In this document: piece by piece, positions 18,995 to 28,146 of the stretch
Layout: every line of letters begins with the position of its first letter
Position numbering within the stretch: position 1 is the first letter of the stretch
Assembly (NCBI GenBank): GCA_947627635.1
Contig: CANQWT010000003.1
Span: 1 to 50,955 of the forward strand
DNA: 50,955 nucleotides
Source of the DNA: an uncultured Bacilli bacterium
GTDB taxonomy: Bacteria > Bacillota_I > Bacilli_A > RF39 > UBA660
Direction of reading: 5' to 3'
Position numbers and translations under genes: made by a program
Notes under the pieces: model-generated
What the model saw: the letters and a program-made list of their open reading frames with translations, nothing else
Told to the model about the DNA's origin: nothing
Database searches by the model: none

Positions 18995-19738
18995 TTATTC
19001 TTCTTCAAACTGGAGTGTTTCAAGTAATTTAAACATGTATTCGTCTTTAAAATAATCAATATCCCAATGGGTAAAAACATAGACATATTTTCCATGAGTT
19101 AAGTATATCATACGAGCTTTATCATTTCCTTCTATTGTTGCGATATAGCCAGTCAAATCCCCAGTAATCATTCTTTCTTTCGGTAACCCAGCAGCATGAC
19201 AAAGAAGTGCTACAATATAGTTCTCTTTCATTTTGGAAACAGGTGTAAAAATCGTATTTTTATGATAGTTATACTTTTTGATATAATTAAATATAGCTAC
19301 TTCATTATTTAATTTATGTTTATCTAAATAATTTGAAAACTCTTCTTTTGTAACTTCAAGTTTTGGAGAAAAATCATCGTATATCTTTTTACTATCTGAA
19401 TATGGATTTTCATATTTTTGAACTTGAAATTTTACTTTTTTACCATCTTCTAAAAAGCACTGATATTGTTCTTGATTATTATATGTCCTCATTTTGTCTA
19501 ATTCAAAACAAGAAAGTGAGTTTTCTAATAGTAGTCCATTAAAATGAAGATATTGACTATCGTCTAATTTTTTTGTTTTTATTTTGAAAGGGTCCTTTGG
19601 ATTTTCTTGTTGTGTAGAAGTAATATTGTCTAGAAAAATTCCTTTTTGATAGTAATAAAGACAATATCCTTTATATCCAAAATATCCACCTACTATAAGG
19701 ATAACTATGATTAAAATAACAAGAACTTTTCTTTTCAT
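18995..19738 (-). CDS. Hypothetical membrane-anchored extracellular protein (247 aa)
   Basis: MKRKVLVILIIVILIVGGYFGY signal anchor; last gene of the ABC island. Confidence 0.8.
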   Translation of the reverse strand: MKRKVLVILIIVILIVGGYFGYKGYCLYYYQKGIFLDNITSTQQENPKDPFKIKTKKLDDSQYLHFNGLLLENSLSCFELDKMRTYNNQEQYQCFLEDGKKVKFQVQKYENPYSDSKKIYDDFSPKLEVTKEEFSNYLDKHKLNNEVAIFNYIKKYNYHKNTIFTPVSKMKENYIVALLCHAAGLPKERMITGDLTGYIATIEGNDKARMIYLTHGKYVYVFTHWDIDYFKDEYMFKLLETLQFEEE

Positions 19739-19762
19739 TTTGTATCACCACTTTCTGAAATA

Positions 19763-20392
19763 CTAAATATCTCTTACAAAGATTTTTCGATTTTTTATGA
19801 TATAAAAATTTGATATTATTAAAATTAAGTCCATAAGAATTAAAAAATAAATGTTAAAAAATTTAAAAATTAAAAATATAATTATTAAGTCTAATAGAAT
19901 TGAAATATCTTTTCGTTTTATAACATTAAATATCGTAATTACTATTAAAGAAATAGATATATGAAATAAAATTGAAACAATAATACTTATAGGATTAAAT
20001 GACATTTTATCAATAAAATAAACTGAAGAAAGAAGTATAAAAACTAATCTATATATAATTATGTAACTCAAAATTGAAACTAATTTTACAATAAGCCATT
20101 TTTTTAAATTACTTCTTAAAATGATATAAAAAAAAGAAAAATCTATTTCATAAGTATAAAGAAAATAAGTGAAATATATAGTTAAACCTATTTGAAAAAT
20201 CAATAATAATAAGTCTAACATATTACTATATTTAGCTCCTGGGAAATTGATTAAACAATAAAAAGATTTTGGTTCAAATTTTATATTAAAATGTAGTAAT
20301 AACACTCTTAATGCTATCAATAATAATAGTAATAAAAACCATTTTTTATTGTTCATTATACAACTTTTGATTATTTGCATTTGTATTTTCAA
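19763..20392 (-). CDS. Multi-pass membrane protein, ABC permease-like
   Basis: About 6 hydrophobic helices; in operon with the ABC ATPase; SD AAGGTGG. Confidence 0.7.
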   Translation of the reverse strand: MKIQMQIIKSCIMNNKKWFLLLLLLIALRVLLLHFNIKFEPKSFYCLINFPGAKYSNMLDLLLLIFQIGLTIYFTYFLYTYEIDFSFFYIILRSNLKKWLIVKLVSILSYIIIYRLVFILLSSVYFIDKMSFNPISIIVSILFHISISLIVITIFNVIKRKDISILLDLIIIFLIFKFFNIYFLILMDLILIISNFYIIKNRKIFVRDI

Positions 20393-20415
20393 AATATCAC
20401 CACCTTCTATAAGGA

Positions 20416-21189
20416 TTAAATTAAATCTTTTTTATTTTTAGATGCCAGTTTATAAATAAGTTTAGTTAAAAAAATTAAAATTAAACCATATAGCAGTGAG
20501 CAAATTATTTCCAAAAAGAAAGAACTATATTCAACATTCATAAAATAATAATGATAAATAAATGGTAAATTATAAAAATGTTTTACTTCTTGTAAATTTG
20601 GTAATAAGAAGCATAAAAAGGAAGAAAGAATTACAAATAGTCTATATACATTTTTCTGAAATAATAAATATAAACAGTAAAAATCAATTCCGATAAAGCA
20701 ATTAAAGACCATTCCTCTAAATAATCTAAACAAAATATAAATAATTATTGAAATGTTATATTTGCTATGTTGTTCTAATGAAATATTACCTAAAGAAAAT
20801 ACTACAGCACCTGCCAAAGCTAATATAATAGAAATTATTGAAATAAAAATAATCAATACTATAATAGTTTTTATATTATTTTTAATCATTATTTTGTAAT
20901 GAGGATATCTACAAACATAAAAATAATTTTGAGATAATTTTATAGAACTTTTCAAAATAATAAATCCTATTGAAATAAAAAGCATTGTATTAAACACTGG
21001 GTTTGAAATAATATACAATAATTTTTCCCACATATTAGTACCCAAGTAACCAGATATAGATGGGATTAAAGTCCCAATAAATAATAGTAGAAATACCAAT
21101 AAACCATTATTCCTATCTAAATAATTATTGATATCAACTTTGTCAAAAAATTTCTTTTTCATTCTAATCTTTAATTTTCCCTGCATCAA
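20416..21189 (-). CDS. Multi-pass membrane protein, ABC permease-like
   Basis: About 6 TM helices; overlaps the ATPase stop. Confidence 0.75.
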   Translation of the reverse strand: MMQGKLKIRMKKKFFDKVDINNYLDRNNGLLVFLLLFIGTLIPSISGYLGTNMWEKLLYIISNPVFNTMLFISIGFIILKSSIKLSQNYFYVCRYPHYKIMIKNNIKTIIVLIIFISIISIILALAGAVVFSLGNISLEQHSKYNISIIIYILFRLFRGMVFNCFIGIDFYCLYLLFQKNVYRLFVILSSFLCFLLPNLQEVKHFYNLPFIYHYYFMNVEYSSFFLEIICSLLYGLILIFLTKLIYKLASKNKKDLI

Positions 21190-21817
21190 AATAAATAATA
21201 TAATCTGAAAGATTATCTAAATCTTCTTTTATATGAGTACTAATTATAATAATTTTATTTTTCTTTATTTTAGTAAAATAGGCTAATAATTTTTTTACAG
21301 TTTCTTGCTCTATTCCATTAAAAGGTTCGTCTAAAAACATAATTTGTGGGTCTTCCATTATAACTTGCGCTATCCCTAATTTTTGCTTCATTCCTAATGA
21401 ATATTTACTATATTTTTTATCTTTTTGGTCTAACAGATTAACTATTTCTAATGCTTTTTCTATCTCCAAATCTGATATTTTGTTTTGAATTTTTGCTAAT
21501 AATTTTAAATTTTCGAAGCCCGTCATATCTGGAAAGAAAGTAGGCTTTTCAATAAGTACTCTTAATGAAGGTGGAAATTCATTATTTTCATTATAATTTT
21601 TTCCATCATACAATATTACTCCAGACGTTGGCAAATAAAAACCACTTAATAATTTTAAAAATACACTTTTACCAGAACCATTTCTCCCATACAAACCATA
21701 AATATTGCCAGTTTTAAACTCATAAGTTATATCTTTAATTATAGTGTTTTCATTAAAAACCTTAGTTACATTTTTAACTTTTATGTTCATTTTCTCACCT
21801 CTATTCATTTTTTTCAC
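21164..21817 (-). CDS. ABC transporter ATP-binding protein (true start probably ATG at 21790)
   Basis: GRNGSGKS Walker A, YSLGMKQ signature, MFLDEP Walker B, STH. Confidence 0.95.
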   Translation of the reverse strand: MKKMNRGEKMNIKVKNVTKVFNENTIIKDITYEFKTGNIYGLYGRNGSGKSVFLKLLSGFYLPTSGVILYDGKNYNENNEFPPSLRVLIEKPTFFPDMTGFENLKLLAKIQNKISDLEIEKALEIVNLLDQKDKKYSKYSLGMKQKLGIAQVIMEDPQIMFLDEPFNGIEQETVKKLLAYFTKIKKNKIIIISTHIKEDLDNLSDYIIYFDAGKIKD

Positions 21818-22709
21818 AGTCGATAAATAATTGTTCCTTATTTTTGTATAAAATCAACATAATAATTGTTGAAATTATAGCGGATAATACTGCAAATACT
21901 ACTGGAGCCAAAAGTCCATATCCATCTTGAAGAGAAAAAACACTTAAAATATTGAATATATATCCAAAATCTGTTTTTAAAACTTTTCCAAACAAGAGTG
22001 CATTTATTACTATTTCTAAAAATGCTTCTATTCCAATAAATGTTAAATATGATATTATTGTAGCAATTAAAAAATTATGGTGTTTTCTAGCTATACATAA
22101 AGAAATATTTATATATAAAATGGAAAGTGAAAACACTTTTATTAAATAAACTAACATAAATATCCAAGGGTTAGAAACAGTATCTCGCTGCCAAATAATT
22201 GTATTTTGCAATAATCCATTTTCAAATTCAAATGTTCTAGTGTAACAATAACATATTATGAATGTTACTATTGATAATAATGGTAAAATAAAAGCTGGCT
22301 TATATGCTGTTTTTAAAAGTTGTAAAATTATACTTTTATAACTTTTTCTTTGCAATTCATTTTTTAATATATTATTTTTTAAATATTTGCATACTAAAGT
22401 AAGAGATGGTATTGTAATGAGTAAAAATATTATAAAGCTAGTACTGTTTAAGCCAAAAGCAAACGTCCAAGTAACCATGCTATAAAAGTCTGTTTTTATT
22501 TTCTTATTTTGTTCTGCTAATTCACAATAAGTTTTATGTTTTTCTAATTCGTCTTTACTCAATTTTTCACAATATTGCTCTGCTTCGCGCTGACTTTTTT
22601 TATTATCTTTATCAGTTTTAATATATGAACAAACATTAAATAGAAGAATTACTAACAATATAAATAATGAAAATATACACAAATAATTAGATTTGATTTT
22701 TCTCTTCAT
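21801..22709 (-). CDS. ABC-2-type permease-like membrane protein
   Basis: About 6 TM helices, extracellular loop with a Cys pair after TM1; adjacent to the ATPase. Confidence 0.78.
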   Translation of the reverse strand: MKRKIKSNYLCIFSLFILLVILLFNVCSYIKTDKDNKKSQREAEQYCEKLSKDELEKHKTYCELAEQNKKIKTDFYSMVTWTFAFGLNSTSFIIFLLITIPSLTLVCKYLKNNILKNELQRKSYKSIILQLLKTAYKPAFILPLLSIVTFIICYCYTRTFEFENGLLQNTIIWQRDTVSNPWIFMLVYLIKVFSLSILYINISLCIARKHHNFLIATIISYLTFIGIEAFLEIVINALLFGKVLKTDFGYIFNILSVFSLQDGYGLLAPVVFAVLSAIISTIIMLILYKNKEQLFIDCEKNE

Positions 22710-22730
22710 TTTATCACCTTCAAAAAAATT

Positions 22731-23226
22731 GCTAGAGAGTTTGTAATATTAAAACAAACTATACTATATTATTTTAGGCATTCCAGGTCCAAAGACCGAA
22801 AGTATAAGTAGTTACTAATGTCAAATCGCTTCTTCTAAGACCTATACGATATTTTCCAGGTAAAGCAAATGATGTAAGTTGGGCATAAACAGTTTGACCT
22901 TGTACAACTGCTCTTTCACAATGGTCCCCATCATTCTTTTGAAATTTTACTGCAATGACACATTTTGGACAAGGATTAGTAATAGTAGTATATGTATCCA
23001 TATTATAATATGACTGTTGAGATTCTTTTGTTTTATTCATATAAGAAGTATAACTATAATCTTCATTTGGTTCAATAGTTTCTGAGATATATGTAGCACT
23101 TGCATCTTCTTTTAATGCAGATACTAGACAAAAATCTGCTGCAATTGCTAATACTAATACTAATAGTGAATATTTTAAAAATTTCATAATTGATTACCTC
23201 CTTTCCCAATTATAAAACTCTCTAGC
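22731..23226. repeat. 12-bp perfect inverted repeat bracketing the 137-aa gene
   Basis: GCTAGAGAGTTT (22731-22742) and AAACTCTCTAGC (23215-23226). Confidence 0.85.
22774..23187 (-). CDS. Small secreted protein (137 aa), first gene of the ABC island
   Basis: Sec signal peptide ending VSA; CPKC plus a further Cys; C-terminal GLWTWN; strong SD AAAGGAGGT. Confidence 0.85.
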   Translation of the reverse strand: MKFLKYSLLVLVLAIAADFCLVSALKEDASATYISETIEPNEDYSYTSYMNKTKESQQSYYNMDTYTTITNPCPKCVIAVKFQKNDGDHCERAVVQGQTVYAQLTSFALPGKYRIGLRRSDLTLVTTYTFGLWTWNA

Positions 23227-23504
23227 CTTAATTTAATCATAGCGCTTATATTCATATGTTCTTTTATTCCGATATAGCATATTTTTAGAAATTTTACAAT
23301 ACCTTTTCCTATTTTTTATCAAAATTTAATTTGAAAGTTATTACTTAGTGTTATGTTATAAAATAGCAAAGAAAAAATAAAAGCATTTTAATTATTCGAA
23401 AGTACTCAATTTAATGACATTTCTACTAAGTAAAATATATGAGGTAAGCATTTTGAATATTAACTAGCTTTTACTTAATTTAAAACAAAATATATCAGCA
23501 TGTT

Positions 23505-24599
23505 TTAACCATTTTTAGAGATATTTAAAAGTATTCCTATACTCATTAAACTAATCAGTAAACTACTTCCTCCATAACTAAGAAAAGGTAAAGTAACTCC
23601 AGTTACAGGAATGAGACCTACTACTACCATCAAGTTCATAAGTGCTTGAAATATCAGTTGAAAGACAAATCCAAAAGCTAAATATTTCGTAAAAGTATTG
23701 TTCGCTTTTAAAGCAATACGAATACCACGATAGAGAATAAAAGCAAACAGTCCACAAACAAGAATTGCTCCTAGAAAACCAAATTCCTCACTAATAATAG
23801 AAAAAATAAAATCTGTTTGCGGTTCGGGTAAATAGAAATGTTTTTGTCTTGATTTCAAAAAACCCATTCCGAATAAACCACCAGGACCTATCGCATAAAG
23901 GGACTGTATCATTTGAAAGCCAGTTCCAAGTGGGTCTTTCCAAGGATTGATGAATGAAGTAATTCTCATCATTCGATAAGGTGCTATCAAAATAAGGACA
24001 ATGATGCCAACAAGTCCAAGAAGCCCTGCTCCATAAAAAAATTTCATGTTGATACCTGCCACAAAAAGAAGTGCAATAATACTCATCATCAAAACCATTC
24101 CTGTTCCAAGGTCAGGTTGCAACATAATCAAGCCAAAGAACAATAAAGCAATTCCTAAAATTGGAAATACACCCTTTTTATAACTTTTTAAGAATTTATT
24201 CGAAAGACTTAAATATTTGCTTGTAAAAATAATTAACCCCAATTTTGCAAACTCACTCGGCTGTATTCCAAAAGAACCAATACCAAACCAACTTCTACTT
24301 CCATTTCTAACACTTCCAATTCCTGGAATTAGCACAAGAATGAGTAAAATGAAACAAATAAGAAGAATTAGATTTGCTTTTTTATACAACAATTGATAAT
24401 CCATTTTAATAAAGCCTATCATTAAAATAAGACCTGTGATTAAGAAAAGGGCTTGTTGCTTCACATAATGAAAAGCATCATGAAATTTATATTCCGACCA
24501 AATACTGGAAGAGGAATAAATCATCACAAGACCAAATAAAGATAGACATAAAACTGCGATAAACAAAGGCACATCGATTTTCTTCTTCATGTAAGTCAC
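23505..24599 (-). CDS. ftsW: SEDS family peptidoglycan polymerase FtsW/SpoVE
   Basis: NGSRSW, IQPSEFAK, QPDLGT, YLPEPQTDFIF, GVTLPFLSYGGSS. Confidence 0.93.
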   Translation of the reverse strand: MTYMKKKIDVPLFIAVLCLSLFGLVMIYSSSSIWSEYKFHDAFHYVKQQALFLITGLILMIGFIKMDYQLLYKKANLILLICFILLILVLIPGIGSVRNGSRSWFGIGSFGIQPSEFAKLGLIIFTSKYLSLSNKFLKSYKKGVFPILGIALLFFGLIMLQPDLGTGMVLMMSIIALLFVAGINMKFFYGAGLLGLVGIIVLILIAPYRMMRITSFINPWKDPLGTGFQMIQSLYAIGPGGLFGMGFLKSRQKHFYLPEPQTDFIFSIISEEFGFLGAILVCGLFAFILYRGIRIALKANNTFTKYLAFGFVFQLIFQALMNLMVVVGLIPVTGVTLPFLSYGGSSLLISLMSIGILLNISKNG

Positions 24600-24614
24600 C
24601 TATTTTATTTGATG

Positions 24615-24640
24615 AAAAAAGAAGGGATTTTATTCCCTTC
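24615..24640 (-). terminator. Hairpin/terminator between mraY and ftsW
   Basis: GAAGGGA-6 nt-TCCCTTC stem followed by U6 on the minus strand. Confidence 0.6.
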
Positions 24641-24651
24641 AATTCTAATGA

Positions 24652-25632
24652 TTATAACCAAACACCAAATAAGATACCTGACATGGCAAGAATAAGACCA
24701 AATACCCAAAAGAGTTTTACAATGTCCCGTTCTTTCCAGCCTAATTTTTCAAAGTGATGATGAAGTGGGGTCATTAAGAAAAGTTTGTGATGGAATACTT
24801 TTAACCATAAAACTTGTAAGATAACCGATAAAGTTTCTACCACAAAGACACCAGCTACAACGACAAGAGTTAACTCACGATGCGTTAAAATCGCAATACT
24901 TGCCATAACTCCACCTAAAGCAAGACTTCCTGTATCTCCCATAAAAACTCGAGCAGGATAAGTATTGAAAACTAAGAACCCAATTAAAGAACCTGCGAGG
25001 ATTAAAGAAAATACTCCTAAATCTTCAAAGCCTACAATGAATGAAATCAAACTAAAAGCTACAAATGCAATAGCTGAAAGACCTCCTGCAAGACCATCTA
25101 GTCCATCTGTTAAGTTGACTGCATTAGAAGCACCAACCAGTAGGAAAAGAATAAATAATCCATAGAGCCAGCCCATTTCTAAATCAATGTGAAGTGTTCC
25201 AACAACCCAAGAAGTTTGTCCTCCATTTCGCATATAAATATAGAAAAAGACCGTAGATACCAAAATTTGGAAAAAAAGCTTTTGATAAGTGGTAAGTCCT
25301 TCGTTATCATGTCGTTTTAAGGACAAGAAATCATCTAAAAAACCAATGATAGCAAAGCTTACGAAGACCATCAAAACAATTAAAATATTATCGGTATATG
25401 GAATTTTTCCAGTACATAGTAGGAACAGGGTCACAAGAACAGTCGGAAGGATGAAAATTAAGCCTCCCATAGTCGGTGTTCCTTCTTTTTTCTTATGATT
25501 TTCTCCTACAAAAATACTAATTCGTTGACGCACTTTCAACTTCTTTAACAAAGGAACTAAAAAAAGTCCTAAAATAGAAGAAGATAAAAAGCCTATCATC
25601 ACTGCAAAAACTGCTTTTGTAAGTAATAACAT
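24652..25632 (-). CDS. mraY: Phospho-N-acetylmuramoyl-pentapeptide transferase
   Basis: KEGTPTMGG, GFLDD, NAVNLTDGLDGL, FMGDTGS, PLHHHFE. Confidence 0.97.
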   Translation of the reverse strand: MLLLTKAVFAVMIGFLSSSILGLFLVPLLKKLKVRQRISIFVGENHKKKEGTPTMGGLIFILPTVLVTLFLLCTGKIPYTDNILIVLMVFVSFAIIGFLDDFLSLKRHDNEGLTTYQKLFFQILVSTVFFYIYMRNGGQTSWVVGTLHIDLEMGWLYGLFILFLLVGASNAVNLTDGLDGLAGGLSAIAFVAFSLISFIVGFEDLGVFSLILAGSLIGFLVFNTYPARVFMGDTGSLALGGVMASIAILTHRELTLVVVAGVFVVETLSVILQVLWLKVFHHKLFLMTPLHHHFEKLGWKERDIVKLFWVFGLILAMSGILFGVWL

Positions 25633-25715
25633 ACGGGTTCCCCATTTCTTGTTTTAGTATATCATAAACTACTTTTATAAGCACTTCATTTCTTGCTTTT
25701 GACACAAATTGACAG

Positions 25716-27623
25716 CTAATCTCCTAAAAGCAACTTGACGGTGGAGCCTTCTTCAAGGCGTTCATCAGATAACGGTGACTGACTAACGACATAATCTCCA
25801 CTTCCTGAATACTCTACTTGGAATTTAGAAAGCAACTCGGTTGCCTCTTCTTTACTTTTCCCTATCACATTTGGAACAGGATAATAAACTTTATCACTCC
25901 AAATATAATCTTTTTCTAATCCACCTTCTTGCTTTTCAATTCCTAAAGCATCAATGATATCGAGTAAAATTCGTCTTGCAATAGGTGTGGTCGTATAACT
26001 TGATAGAAGTGCTGTTTTTTTAGGATTATCAATTGCAATATATAAAACTGCTTCTGGCTGATTTGATGGAACAATTCCTACAAAAGACATGATATAGTTG
26101 TTTGCCAAATAAACACCATTCACAGCTTTTTGGGCTGTTCCTGTTTTTCCACCAATTCGATATCCATCAATATAAGCAGCTTTTCCACCACCAAGAGCCA
26201 CAACACTTTCAAGAGCACTCCGCATAATTTCAGAAGTTTTTTCACTAATGGTTTTTCTTACAACTTTCTTCTTATTTTCTAAGATAATGTTTCCTGTTTC
26301 AGGTTCTTCTATTGCTTTTAAGACATAAGGTTTTAATAAATTTCCTCCATTGAGAACTGCAGAAACTGCACGAACTTGTTGAATTGGTGTGACGGAAATT
26401 CCTTGTCCAAAAGCTGTGGTTGCTAACTCGATATTTCCAACTTTATCAAGCGGAAATAAAATTCCTGTTCCCTCTCCATTTAAATCAATACCCGTTTTTT
26501 CACCAAATCCGAAAAGGTCTAGATAGGAAAATAATTTTTCTTTTCCTAAAAGCTGTCCCATCTTGACAAAGCCTGGGTTACAACTATTTTGTAAGACTTG
26601 CAAGAAAGTTTGAGCCCCATGTCCTCCTGCTTTCCAACATTTAATTTTGGCCGTATCGACCATGACACTTCCACTATCATAAAATGTATCTTTAGAAAGG
26701 TCTAGCAAGCCCTCTTCTACTACTGCACTAGTGGTAATAATTTTTTGAGTAGACCCTGGTTCGTAGCTTGCCCAAATTGGCAAATTACGTGAAAGTGTTT
26801 CTTGACTATAATCTTGATAATGATTTGGGTCATAATCTGGGCGAGATGCCATCCCAAGAATTTCTCCTGTATTGGGGTCCATCACAATCGCAAGGGCCAT
26901 ATCAGGCTGAAACATATCGACAACATTTGAAAGCTCTCTTTCCAAAGATTGTTGAATCTTTAAATCAATTGTAAGTTGGAGATTCATTCCATTTTGTGGT
27001 TGTGTATAAACATCGGCTAAAGAAAGACGATTTCCTTTGGCATCAGAAAAATACTTAATTGCTCCTTTTTCCCCTGTCAAGTACTGATTATATTGAAGTT
27101 CAAGCCCCGAAAGACCTTGATTATCAATACCAACATAGCCTAAAGTATGAGAAAGTAAATTACCATAAGGATAATATCGTTTTGCTTCTTTGACTAAATA
27201 AACACCGTCAAAGTGAAAAGCTTCTATTTCATCAGCAATTTCATAAGAAAGTCTTCTACCTTCTGGATGCACTCTTTCCATAGAAGTTTGTTTGTAGACG
27301 TGTTTATCCATTTCTTCTTTCGAAACTCCTAAGACTTCAGCAAGTTTTTGAGAAACTTCCTCTTTGTTTTGAATTTGATTTGGAATAAGAACAAGAGAGG
27401 TTGTCGTTAAATTATCGGCTAGGACTACTCCGTTTCTATCAAGGATTAGACCACGGGATGCTTCAATTGGCAAATCTCTACTCCATAGTTTGTTGGCTAA
27501 GTCTACTAGACGATGATAATCAAACACTTGCACATAAAAAACACGACCTAGAACTAGAAAAAAGCAAAAGAAAAAAATGAGTAGAACGATTTTCATTCTC
27601 CTATCAAGTTTTTTGGTAAACAT
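25716..27623 (-). CDS. spoVD: Class B penicillin-binding protein with PASTA domain, SpoVD-like
   Basis: RG.ILDRNG, RYYPYG, EPGSTQK (SxxK), SCN (SxN), KTGT, C-terminal VPNVIG PASTA. Confidence 0.85.
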   Translation of the reverse strand: MFTKKLDRRMKIVLLIFFFCFFLVLGRVFYVQVFDYHRLVDLANKLWSRDLPIEASRGLILDRNGVVLADNLTTTSLVLIPNQIQNKEEVSQKLAEVLGVSKEEMDKHVYKQTSMERVHPEGRRLSYEIADEIEAFHFDGVYLVKEAKRYYPYGNLLSHTLGYVGIDNQGLSGLELQYNQYLTGEKGAIKYFSDAKGNRLSLADVYTQPQNGMNLQLTIDLKIQQSLERELSNVVDMFQPDMALAIVMDPNTGEILGMASRPDYDPNHYQDYSQETLSRNLPIWASYEPGSTQKIITTSAVVEEGLLDLSKDTFYDSGSVMVDTAKIKCWKAGGHGAQTFLQVLQNSCNPGFVKMGQLLGKEKLFSYLDLFGFGEKTGIDLNGEGTGILFPLDKVGNIELATTAFGQGISVTPIQQVRAVSAVLNGGNLLKPYVLKAIEEPETGNIILENKKKVVRKTISEKTSEIMRSALESVVALGGGKAAYIDGYRIGGKTGTAQKAVNGVYLANNYIMSFVGIVPSNQPEAVLYIAIDNPKKTALLSSYTTTPIARRILLDIIDALGIEKQEGGLEKDYIWSDKVYYPVPNVIGKSKEEATELLSKFQVEYSGSGDYVVSQSPLSDERLEEGSTVKLLLGD

Positions 27624-27702
27624 CTAATCACCCTACTTCAATATATGAAGCAACTTAGAAAAAAAGAATGTAGAACCAAAGAAGTAACAAAATTTTACCG
27701 TC

Positions 27703-27816
27703 TTATTTTCTTGCTTCCATCATTTCCATCTTTTCATCTTCTATCGATGCCAAGCGACACGCACAGAAAATAAATAGAATTAGAAAACTGATGATAAAAA
27801 ACAGTACAAACAACAT
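27703..27816 (-). CDS. Small single-TM protein (37 aa), not in ORF track
   Basis: MLFVLFFIISFLILFIFCACRLASIEDEKMEMMEARK*; SD AAGGGGG upstream. Confidence 0.55.
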   Translation of the reverse strand: MLFVLFFIISFLILFIFCACRLASIEDEKMEMMEARK

Positions 27817-28146
27817 AAAAATTCCCCCTTACTTTTAATATAGAAATTAAAATTTCACTTTATGCCAAAATACGACATTTTTTTAATTTCTTCCTTTGTT
27901 TGCACTGTTATACAAGAAATCCAAAAGAAATGCAAAGGGCAAAAATTTAAAATTTCAACCCTTTTTCAAGCAAAAATTACACAAAAATTGCCATTTTTTA
28001 CCATTTTTAGTCCTATGAAGGGGGTAAATTTTAAAAATTTGGACTTTTTTCATTTTTTACATTTTTTTATTACAGATAATAGAAATCATTTTTCAAATCC
28101 TCCAAAGAAAAAAAGATTGCCCTATTTCTAGAGCTAATCTTTTCAT

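Noticed and set aside
25517-25705. 62-aa ORF overlapping the mraY start
   Set aside because: Spans the mraY promoter (TGATATACT) and 5' end in another frame; no support.
27862-28131. 89-aa plus-strand ORF
   Set aside because: F/K-rich product of A/T tracts; no RBS.
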